A stretch of DNA of 64,000 nt from the NCBI GenBank assembly GCA_002633005.1, contig NMRA01000067.1, positions 923,107-987,106 of the forward strand. Direction: 5' to 3'. The DNA is from Phoronis australis (lineage: Eukaryota; Animalia; Phoronida). Both the position numbers and the translations under genes were made by a program. This document shows positions 38,645 through 50,249 of this stretch, piece by piece. Position 1 is the stretch's first letter; every line of letters starts with the position of its first letter. The notes beneath the pieces are model-generated. The model made no database searches. It saw nothing but the letters and a program-made list of their open reading frames with translations, and was not told the DNA's origin.

Positions 38645-39348
38645 TAGTTATACTTACATTGCTTAAATCACTGGACATGGGAACAGCCCACTATTCCGAA
38701 GGTTCGCTACTTCGAAGTTTCGATATTCCGAAGGTTCAATGACAACGAAAATATCTAAAACTTCTGACTCAGGTGCAACTGTTACACTTTTACATCCAAA
38801 AATAAATGACACTTCTGTTAAATAGATGCAAGTATACCAAAAATAACGCACGAGTAATAAATCACTTTGTTTGAATTTCATGCGCATGCGATATCGTCCG
38901 CATGTCTTAGGAGCACTGAAAAATAAGTACGTACTAGCATTTCTGAAAGAATGTGAAGTATTATGTTGATGAATAATCAACCACAATATATTCATCAAAT
39001 CCATGTCAAGATTGCATCGTTTCACAGCCCGACTAAAGAGTTTAGGGCTGACTAAAAAGTTTAGGGCAGCTGTGCTGCAACCTTACCTACCAGAAGTACT
39101 CGCACGGCAGGGTCAAAAATAAATGTTAAGTTAGTAGGCGAATCCTGTCCCTGCCAGTCTTCATGAAAGTCTCATTCAGTCTTCTTAAAAGAGAATGCCA
39201 CCCGATTTAATTAGTCTTTTTTACCGTCTTAATCGGTCTATATCCACATCGCCTATTATAAGGTCAACCTCACCTTGCCGAGAGGTGTCATGTTAACCTG
39301 TGAGGAAGGTGAGAAACGACGCAGCGACGTCAGTGGTTCGTCTGCAGA

Positions 39349-39689
39349 ATGAATGCCGCTATATTGCGGTGCATGATTCCCGCTTGTCCAAACTATGAAG
39401 CTGCGAAGAAAGCGGGTATATCATTTTTTCAACTTCCTCGAGAGCCCGAAATGCTTAGGAAGTGGCTCGCGATAGTGAAGAATGAAAGGTACGCTGTTTA
39501 AATAGCAAGTATGAGGCCGTGAAACATCTCCATGTCTGTGGCCGGCATTTTGTCCCCAACAGTGATTTCTCTGATGAATTCCAGCTTACCAAAGAACTAT
39601 CCATACGTTCCGTTACCTGTGCATGTTCACAGCGCCAGTCTCTAGTATTTCTTGATCAGTGTATTCCGGTTCGAACTGATAGCCTGTGA
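39349..39689 (+). pseudogene. THAP zinc-finger coding remnant (DNA-transposon derived)
   Basis: RCMIPACPNYEAAKKAGISFFQLPREPEMLRKWLAIV, then after a frameshift KHLHVCGRHF...DQCIP: C2CH THAP signature with conserved P, W and F. Confidence 0.75.
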
Positions 39690-41999
39690 AACCTAACGAT
39701 CCGACCCGTGAAGTCTTCGTCGGATGAGCTCTTGATTAAGTCGGGATTGGCGCCGGGCGAGTTGCCATGTAAACGTTTATCATTTTGTTTTCTGTTTCAA
39801 AATGAATTATTCTCATCCTAACCAATGCTTATATGAAACTGAAACAAAGTCTGTCTCATTAGATACAATTTGTAATGCCTTGGAGTGCTCGTGAGTGCAA
39901 ATGTTTTGAGCAGCCAGCAATGAATAAACCACTGCGTTACCCGGCCAGCTTTTGATGCCGGCAACAAAGGCAATTGACCGGGCACCGAGGCCAAGTGAGC
40001 GCATGTTAATTCAATGTTTGCTGACAGAAACAATTACTCGATTTTATATGCTATGGTTACATGTTAATGTTAGGGGAATCTTTATTCAGAAATGCAAAAT
40101 TAAAATACATTATTCAAATCAACAACCTTTGCCGTGACGATCTGTGGAAGGGGAACCCGACTTCGCGGCCCCCGACAAGTAAGTAGATTTTCAGTTTCGT
40201 GGCTAATTCACCAATTACGTGCACATTATTTCTTTGGCTCACTCTCATAGTCTTTTTGTGACAGGAGGCTTAGTTTCAAGCTGGTTTATGTTCGTGTCAA
40301 TCCTGGCAGCCGTGACGGGCCTGATCGTGTTTCGAGCCACTGGCCGGGATAACGAGCGTTTTGTGTGTTTAGAACTAAAAAAATCACAAGTATAAACAAC
40401 ACAGGTCTAGATTCTCCTGTCTATATTTCACGGAAGAATACTTCGAATTTATCTCCGAACAGACCCCAAACTCCTGCTACTGACTTTGGTAAATTGGCCT
40501 GCCGAACTTTGTAGGCTACGGTGTGTCCAAATACCAGTCAATCCGTAACAGCGAAATAAAACAACACAGAGCCAGTTGTCAATCAAGACACGGAAGTTCG
40601 AACCACGGCATAAATATGTCATAAAACATCACAAAACAGCGATGTTTCAATTCATTCTTAAACGACCACCTTACGCAACTTTGAAGTGGAAAACACATTT
40701 ATTTTACATGCAAGATGTCAGATTATATCCTATTACAATATCACCTACACTATCGCACTGCAGCACTGGTCGGTCCCGCTGTTTGCGCGCATCGTCCCGG
40801 CAGGCAAGCCTGACTTGGAAAGGCCGTCAAGAACTATAACGGCTTCTTTCACTATGCGTCTCATTTTTTATGGCCAAAGATAGCGGTGGGATTCAGCACG
40901 CACATAGGGCCTACGTATGAGTAACCTGTCCATCATGTTTTGGTGTCAAGGTAACATGCACTCAGAGTGGGAACTTACGCACGTGCACCACTGAAAGTCA
41001 CACGTCAAAAGAGAACTGCGACAGTCATAAGTAAAAGAAACCGGCGTGACGCTGTACTTTTAAGCTGTTGTTAGGAAAGACCCAGTGCTTTACGATATTC
41101 CTCCCATTCCATTGGTCCCCCAAAACTGCGATGTCAAGTGTACTTCGATACTTTCCGGCTCCCTGTTGCCAAGGCCCGAGTGTGCCATGTCCGTAGCTAG
41201 CTGCGTGCACCTCCTACCAACTATCGCCAATTTTCAGTCAGTCTGCACCGTAGATATTTTAGGCTCGAATGGTAAGAATTTTGTTCAGGCTGAAACTGTC
41301 CAGTGAAGAAACAAAATTTTTCTGGATGGCTAAAAACGGAATATGGAAGCAATAGGCCTAATTCACAGTCAGGTTGACGCAAGAAATCGTAGTCAAGAAC
41401 AGCCAGCGACGATGCAATAAGCGAAAAACAAAATTTGACTAGAAGTTTTTTATTACTTCAAGATGATACACAAACATACATTAACATATTGCCAACCTTT
41501 GAATTCAGAAATCGAGAGGCAGCAAATCGGTAACCCATTGAAGCACACTGTCCCTTTGGTCGCTACATATCCTTGATAACCTGGCAATAACATTAATCAA
41601 AACAGGGAGAATTTGACATCTTTCTGTTATGGGAATTAATTCTTCAAAATATGAGAGCTTTCCCATGTAAAGAGAATTTGCAGGGTTGGCAAAACCATTG
41701 TCACATTTCTGTGGCCTGATTATTTTGAATATATGTTTATCTAGTGCACTGCAGACGGAAACTCAGCGTGGGAGACAGCGTCACTGAAACCGGAGGTATT
41801 GACGCCGGTGGGGTTCTTAAACTTTGCAAACAATAAAATGACAAAAACGTTCAAGTATTATAATTTGAAGTAATAATTCGTTACTTAATTGTATTGTAAT
41901 TCACATTGCCAAACCGGCGTCCGGAGGCCTGCAGCGTCGTTGCACTCGATCGTTGTGACCATCATCTGTATCTAAAAGTCGGGAATAGCACGTTTCCTA

Positions 42000-42193
42000 A
42001 CACTGGGCGCTAAATCTTCAATCTTAAAAAGTCGGGGATGGGCGCTTAACCGAGAGGTGGGCGTTTAACTGGAAATCTTCAAAAATCGCAGAGGGGTGGT
42101 TAACCGAGCAGTGGGCGGTTAAATCGAAAATCCACCAAAAGTAGGGGGTGGGCGGTTAACGGAGCATGGGCGTTAACCCAAACGTTTACAATA
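42000..42193. mobile_element. Orphan right terminus of a Tc1/mariner-type element with GGGCG(G)TTAAC subterminal repeats
   Basis: Several GGGCGCTTAAC / GGGCGGTTAA motifs ending GGGCGTTAACCCAAACGTTTACAA|TA. Confidence 0.55.
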
Positions 42194-43026
42194 GTTTGGC
42201 TAGGTAAAAACATTTACTTCTAGACTGACCCTTATTACCCTATGGTAGGCGACCACGCACGTTCAATACTGATGAATAACATAACACCTCCTCTGATAGT
42301 CTGCACGATCCTGTCATCTACGCAAACACCACGATGATTATGTGAAGCACTTTGAATCCGAAGCAGATTCAAAATTAATATCAACTAGTGCAGTGAACAC
42401 AGCAGGATGCCAAGAAAATGTTCAATCATTCTGGCGTTCAAGGCCAAATATTAGTATGATTTGCTAAAAAGAGTGTTGCTTGGAAACTTTAAAGAAGTGG
42501 CAAGAAGCTTTAGTATGTCTAAAAATTTTTAAAAAATTGCCGACTGATAGTTTGAATTAGGTTTATTACATAAGAATCACAAAGGGTATAGTAATGCACT
42601 GTCTATAGGTGATGGGGGGAGGCGCGGTGGGGTTTGAGTGGGGTGTAATTTCTAAAGGCAACTAATAAGTCGTGTTTATTTCAAATAAAATATTATTTAG
42701 CTTGCCAAATGTTGATTTTTGGTTGAGTTTTTGTAATTTTGGGTTAGGTTTTGTTATTTTGGGTTGAGTTTTCGTTTAGACATCAAATTTCACAATGACC
42801 TCATACCAAACAATAGACAAACATCAGAAGTGACTTAATACAAACCGCAATTTTGAATTAATCAAAGAATAAATGTCCGGTCTTGTTCCCATCAACATTT
42901 CACAATCCTAACAATATAACATAATAATTCCAACAAAATAACACAATAATCATCGAGTGAAATACAGAGTCCCCGGTAAATTGTGGTTTTGAAATACAAG
43001 CACTTTTGAGAAGGTCAATGTGCAAT

Positions 43027-44858
43027 CCCGGGTGAGAATTATACACGTTTGACACGCTTTTGAGCGTGTCAAACGTGTAATACGTGTCAAAATTGCCACG
43101 TTAACGTGTAAAACGTGTAAAAACATGACACGCTAGCGTGTCAAAAGTGTAAAATTTGCCACGTTAGCGTGTCACGAAACGTGTAAAATTTGCCACGTTA
43201 GCGTGTCAAACGTGTAAAATTTGCCACGTTAACGTGTCAAACGTGTAAAATTTGACACGCTAGCGTGTCAAACGTGTAAAGTTTGCCACGTTAGCGTGTC
43301 AAACGTGTAAAGTTTGCCACGTTAGCGTGTCAAACGTGTAAAGTTTGCCACGTTAGCGTGTCAAACGTGTAAAGTTTGACACGCTAGCATATCAGACGTG
43401 TAAAATGTGACACGCTACGGTGTCAAACGTGTAAAATTTTGACACGCTAGCGTGTCGAACGTGTAAAATATGATAGAACTCTTCAATAAAGATACAATTT
43501 AAATAGGCTTGGCAGTTCTGAAAAGGCCACTGGGAGGTAATCACCCAATTTGAATGATTAAACATGTTCCCTTAGTAACAACAGAGTTTGCAACAAAAGT
43601 TTTCACTGCCTATTCAAATATCCAAATACTGAGTTAGAGTTGGTTTAGCTGTCAGAGAGTGCAGTTGAGTCAGGAGAGCACTTATGAAGTATGGTTTTCG
43701 AGTGTGGTGCAGCTCTAACAGAAGTTTAGTAACTATGTATATACTCTGGATGACAGTGGCTTGATAAACTTTTCTTGCAAATGGTCCTTCTTTTTACAGG
43801 TAAGTTTGATTGTAACAGAAAACAAGAGTCAGTAGAAACTGTTGACTACGCAGTTAATATATGAAGTTGGAACGCCTCTCATCTTCAGTAGTATATCAAT
43901 TCATAATATTGTTGTTATTGGATCAACTCACATTTTGTGTCAGCTTGAATGAGGATAAGACATTGTGTTTAGAGGTTTGGGCTGCAAAATCAACATGAAC
44001 TCAATGTTATGACAAATGTTGAATCACTCTTGGTAATTCAAAGATGTTACAAAGTGCGTCTGTTCTTTACTTCATAAACTGTTTTCAAGCAACTGGCCTG
44101 ACTCAAAAGCTTAGACTTATATGCATATATATAGCAGCTTAAGCACTTCAAATTTGTATGTTGAACCATTTTCTTATTTCTGTGTTAATGTTATTCTAGA
44201 TGAAATGAAATTTAGTGACAACAGTATGTGGTAAGAGTTGGATAGTTACATTATCCTTTTAATGATTCTATATCATTATCACATTTTGGATTATTTACAT
44301 CAACAGTAACAATAAACTGTGACTTAAAGAAGAAATCCCTTTATACATTTGCTTTCAGTATGGATTCCCATGGTGGATGGTGAGCTGCTATAAACAAGAA
44401 CATTATGGCTTGTACACGGCCTCAGGCTAAATGTAGGGTCGCTACCATGGCAATGACACAGATTACAGGCTAGGTGTCAAAAGCGCCACGTTTGACACGC
44501 TAGGGTGTCAAAAGTGCCACGTTTTTGCCACGTTTTGGCAAGCCACATTCGACACGCTATCGCCACATTTGACACGCTAGCGTGTCAAAAGTGCCACGTT
44601 TTTGCCACGTTTTGGCACGCCACGTTCGACACGCTATCGCCACGTTTTACACGCTTATCGCCACGTTTGACACGCTAAGCGTGTCAAACGTGGAGTATTG
44701 GAACGAAAATTACACGTTTTTGCCACGTTCTTGACACGTTTGACACGCTACATTTTACATGTTTGACACGCCACGTTTTACACGTTCGACACGTTTTTAG
44801 AGCGTTCCAATACTCCACGTTTTTAGAGCGTGTCAAACGTGTCAAATTCTCACCCGGG
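43027..44858. mobile_element. Non-autonomous EnSpm/CACTA-type element with minisatellite subterminal repeats
   Basis: TIR CCCGGGTGAGAAT / ATTCTCACCCGGG; 2-bp TSD AT; arrays of ACGTGTCAA/TTGACACGT-based repeats at both ends. Confidence 0.85.
43090..43470. repeat. 31-bp minisatellite (TTTGCCACGTTAGCGTGTCAAACGTGTAAAG)n
   Basis: Period 31 read directly (43281 to 43312); related inverted array at 44470-44845. Confidence 0.92.
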
Positions 44859-46415
44859 ATCTCTTAGGTTACTTTGTATAAGTCAGAGAACCCATAATTT
44901 TACCTTCTTGTTTCATACAAAATGCGACAGGCATCATAATAAAACATCAAAGAAACACAACCTTAATGCATTAACCAATTACGAGGGCAAGTTCTATTTG
45001 ACTGTTACAATCTGATCCATTGTTTGATTTGAAATTTATTATAATAAAATCTGTATTTTCCTTGGCGGTCCTACTGCCTTGATCCTGGCTGAAACTGACC
45101 CTTCTTGATAAGTAACTTAATTGGCCTGGTCAGAAGCAAAATTGAACTCAGTCAATTTTTCTATAGTACAACAACCATTTACAGAGTGATTAATTAATGG
45201 AAGGAGACTGATTTTATTGCAGTATTAAGTAACCTAAATTATGGTGGTTTGTTGTAGATTCGTTTTATGTTTTGTAGACTAAATTGTACTTCCTGGTTAA
45301 CTTAGTTTTTATGTCAACAAGAACATTTTTCTGGATTTTGAGTGCGTGGAGTAAGGATAAACATCTCCTGCATATGGGACATATGTGCATGCGATGCAGA
45401 TGGTGGGCACATATCAACGACCGCTCCCGTTTCTCGTTATATGTGTTAATTAGGATCAACATAGCATACTTACCACTTATTACATCTATTTATTTGGGAT
45501 ATCTTATTCTTTTGTTTACATGTGGGGAAAGGAGTGACCTGGATGAGTACCATTGCCGCTCAGGGTGGTGTGGTATACTCATAACAGTGTTTCACCATTG
45601 ATGGGATGAAGTATTCATTGTGTAACTGGATAAACTAAGCTTAATTAATTACTGATAATTGGAAACCTGTAGGCTGCATTTCGTTAATTTATTACAAGGG
45701 CAGTTGGCAGGTGTTGGTTTCTTGCACAACCATCAACTACCAAATTTTATGTATTCATTTTATTTGGCACATCCCAATTATCAGGCAAATATATTTGATT
45801 TATTTTTTTTGCGAAATAAGTGGAGAATTACCATATTCAAATTGTACAATGTCTCGTCGGTTTTGTTCTTGAGATAATGGTTACATTACTAGCAGAGACG
45901 ATCAGGGCCCTCATTAGCAACAATAGTCTCTATAAACCCAATGTATTGGCATTATCCATGGGGGAGTTATTGACATGCCTACCTTTTGAGTTTAATGCTC
46001 GTTATTCAGAAGAGAAAATTAGTTCTCATTCAAACATTTAATGTAGTACATTAAAATTATGAACACTGACTGAAAAAAATATAAAAACATCAAGTAAATT
46101 CAGAAGTTTTCAACAAAAGTAAATGTATGCGATCGGTACATGGCACAGTCAAAACCACGAAAGTCAAAAACGTCTGAAAACACACATTATATCGAATAGA
46201 TAAAAATTGAAATTCAGTGCTTTTATTCAAAATGATCCTGATGAATCTGTTGAAGAGGGAAGTTGTATGCCCTTCTGTGCTACATCATCACCAGTAATTG
46301 CTGATCTTATGCCTGTAGAGCTTTACAATTAGTTGCAATGCAGGTATAAAATTTAAAAAGTTGAGTGTTGTCCATTAAGTGTCCACTTATTAAAGACAGC
46401 AATGTGTTAGCAACC

Positions 46416-48303
46416 CATGGTACCTACACTAAACGGTTAATGGACTGCTAAACACAGTGTCAGACGCAAAAACACGACTCCCGCATGTGCCGGCAAACAC
46501 TGTTCACTGACTCACATACATGGGTTCGGACTAAAAAACATGATTCGTTTACCCAAAATACAGTCACGGACTCACATTCATGTAGAAACACGGCACACGG
46601 ACCGTCAATCACGGTTCATGGATGAAATATGGAAATCAGCTTCGACAGCAGTGTAATGGGTGCGAGATTAAATATAATTTTGATCCTATGTGTGTATGTA
46701 ATGTGATATAATTGTTGTGAATTGGACACTATAAACATTATAACTGTTTATTTGTTCTACAATTTACTGGTGTCCAAAATCTTTTTGTAACGTCAATTTT
46801 CAATTCTGATACATGCTATGAACATTCCCACTAAATAAAATTGGTTCTAACCCCGGTGTTTAAGGTAAACGGCGGGGTATGGAAAATTGAAGTAGACCGT
46901 ATTTATCCACCTTGGCTGAGACGCGCTCGGCTCATGGTCAAAGGGATGCCGCCAAGCTGCTCTATTCATCGAGTCACGAGCGAGGATAATTGACTTCGCT
47001 CATGCGGATATGATCAGCTGATTACAGTCTAGCCTAACCACTGTACTTTTTATGGAGAGAATTTTACGTAGTTTTTACTGTAATATTTGAAAAGAGGAGC
47101 GTAAACAAATACGAATACAACTTTGAATTTTTCAAATCGGCCCAGGATAAGAGATTTTGCAACACAGAAACACTCACGATTACTTTCATTCGGCGCGCAC
47201 GAATACAAAAATATAGGACCCAAGTTAGGATTGTATAAATGTAGAACTACTCCGTGTGTTATTTAGGTTTTGGAAAAAATGCATTTTAATACTCAAAATA
47301 CGTTTTGTATAGCTATTACAAGCTCTAAAACGACTTTGTGTAATTTCATTGAGATCGTTCTTTGTCATCCGTCAAACCGGAAACTTCCGAGATGTGACTC
47401 TGCGAGCGCACTCACCTTGCACGTTACAGCCGTTTAAGTGAAAAACAATCTAGTAAACGCCATTTTCTTGCATAATCCTCCGCCTTTTGTAACAAAAAAG
47501 TCTATCGTCGATGACCCGCACACGCACGCTCACTCACTCTCATACGCAGACGACCTTCAAAACAAACGTCACGTGACAACAACATGTGTGTTCATCCAGA
47601 GATTTTTCTCGTGTTGTGGAGTACGATGTAGCGCACATTTGGACTTAATCGCAATTAATCTGGACTCCACAGGAACTTTAAAAATTGTAAAACATCAGGA
47701 AGATTTCAGGTAATTTGTTGAGTCGAAACTATATTTTTATTCAAGAGTACAAGTTTTCCTATTGACGATCGCGATTCAGCGACGCATCAGTCGGCAAGTT
47801 TTCGCCCTGTGATGAGCACAATTTTTTGAAAAATTATCGTAATTTAACAACGGAAGTTGATAGCAATGCACCACAATTTTGTAGAAAGGCTGTCATAGGC
47901 TACAAATACGTCACAGAGCGTAAATTTGATGAATCCTAGCTTCCGATTTTACCCGTTTGGGAAACCGGGTTTCAACTGCCGTAGGCTCACTACAATAAGC
48001 GTCCCCTCCCCGTGAAATGAATTTTTCTAAGCGTTTGTTTGAGCCAATACAGTATACAGCTTTCCACCAAGGCTAGGTGATGCAAGACATTATTACTTGT
48101 TCTTTGTTGCATTATAGTAACTGGTCTTGGCTAATTATCATTTTATGGCCTGGTCATCCATTCAGCCCAAAGTAGTTCCAGAGGTGGCTTATCAGCCAAT
48201 TATTCACTCATGCTGACTCACAATAGAAGCCTGATAAGAGTGAAGGTGGATAAATGCGGTGTTCCTACAGTTTCTTGTTTTAGTGGATGTGTTCACGACA
48301 TGT
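46416..48303. repeat. Right arm of long inverted repeat pair, ending in a CATGGTACC MITE-like terminus
   Basis: 46800-48303 is the reverse complement of 31465-33170; 46416-46640 resembles 33310-33516; terminus GAGCCAATACAG|TA at 48052. Confidence 0.88.
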
Positions 48304-48709
48304 AGTGAGAGTAGCGACTTCGGTTATCTTCTGCATTCTTCTCAAAATGACATGGACCGTTCCAACTCCCTAAAAACCTTTGGTTTCAATTTCATTCATG
48401 CATAGCAATAATTACTATTTCGCGCTAATTACCTGGAAAGCCAATGCTTTATCGGAGTGAACCATGTTTGGCGGTCTATGTGTCATGTTTGTGAGTCTGT
48501 GACCGTATATTTTGGGTGAATGAATAGTCTTGGTGTTGTCCGATTGCACGTATGCAAGTCAGCGAATAGTGTTTGCAGGTACATGAATTGTTTTTGTGTG
48601 CGACATTGTGTTTAGCAGTGTAGTAGCTACCTTGCTATTAGATGATCATTGCGGTTGTCTACCCCCACAAAAGAGGAAAGTTGATTTCAGGATGTGAACT
48701 TGCTTACAA

Positions 48710-49130
48710 CCCTGATGAAAAGTAGTTCATGAACTTTGAAATGTTCAAGAAGATTCATGAACAGGGTCGTGATCATTCATGAACAGTTCATGATCAGAGT
48801 TCATGAATTGTTCATGAACATAAAGTTCATAAAAAAGTTCATGAAGTCTATGAATGTTCATGAACTATTCACACTGATTCATGAAATCATGATCACAGTT
48901 CATGAACATGCGAGAATTATTCATGAATTCTGTGGACAGTTCATGAACTGTTTTTAAGATCATTTACTTTTGATTCCATGAATTCATGAACCATTCCACT
49001 TTTTGATGAACTTCCTGACGGTTCATGAACCGCCTTGAGTATTTCATGAACTGTTTATAGTTCATGAATTTCTCAAACCCAGATGACCAATCAGTTCAAG
49101 ACCTTTAATGCAGGTAATTCATGAACTTAG
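48710..49130. repeat. GTTCATGAAC-rich subterminal array, probable left end of an EnSpm-type element
   Basis: Starts CCCTGATGAAAAGTAGTTCATGAAC; dense palindromic TTCATGAA repeats; matching right end not found. Confidence 0.7.
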
Positions 49131-50249
49131 CGTTCACCCGACAGATTTCTTTCTTGGTGCACTTATGAAGTTCCCTTCAGGGTCATGATTATTGAAGAAC
49201 GTAGACTAAAATTCATCAACTTAACAAAAAGAAAATGTCACTAGTAACTGCAGTACTCAATGTGATTGAATAATAATGAACATGTTATGAAGAGGTATCA
49301 TTGACATATTTTCAATATCTTAACGACTTTAATTGTGTTATTTACAACTTATAACCATTCATTCAGCAAGATAAGAGTACACAATCACCATTCAAAAATT
49401 GTCCAATCAAATATATATGCATAGGCAGAAAGTAGTTTTTACATGGTCTGGTCTTAAATTTCATGGCTTTCTCAGTTCACAGCCAACCTAATAGAAGGAC
49501 TTCAGTAAACAGAAATTGCAGTTCAAACACCTTGGAAATAAAACATTATAATACACACACCATCACATCAGTTATCTGATAGTATATCGCTCAGGGTAGA
49601 TTTCAGTACCTGTCTCGCAACTAGAAAAATCACCAAAATCACGGATTCTTATTTAAAATACACGGCTTGAATATCTTGCATAATCTCGCTCTTGCATTTA
49701 GCCAGGTCCCGGCATTACTGAACTCTACCCAAATTTTGAGTGATGCAAAAATATGATTCATACTGATTTCAGATTTAGTTGTCAAACAATAGAACCAAAT
49801 TTTTAATTCATAGGTTGGAAACTCAGTAACATGCAAATTTACTCACAGGTGTCGCAAAGTTCACTACATCAAGAGCAAGTATTTAGAATTCTTCTTTTTT
49901 ACTGAACATGCCTATGAATAGCATTAGCCTAACAAAAGTTACTGGGGATATGTTCAAGAAGTTTTATGAAACATGATTCCACCCAACTATTTCTGAAAAA
50001 TAAGTGAATCCCATTTGCTTGAATATACAAATTCTCTGAGAATAAACACAAAACTTGTAGTTACTGAGATTTTTATACATTATGTCTTGACCATGGCGTT
50101 TTAATTCAGATGGAAAAAATATGGCAGATTATCAGTAGTCCAGACAGCTTTAAGATGAGCAACAAAATTAACAAACTGTTGGCTTGGTTAAAGTTATTGA
50201 TTTGCAAAAGGTGACCGAAGAAAGTGTTCCTAAAGACAAACTGGAGAAG

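Noticed and set aside
31685-48052. Polinton/Maverick or intact giant DNA transposon
   Set aside because: No polB, integrase, capsid or intact transposase; arms are diverged with large indels and homology extends beyond the termini.
48736-48957. 73-aa repetitive ORF
   Set aside because: Translation of a TTCATGAA repeat array.
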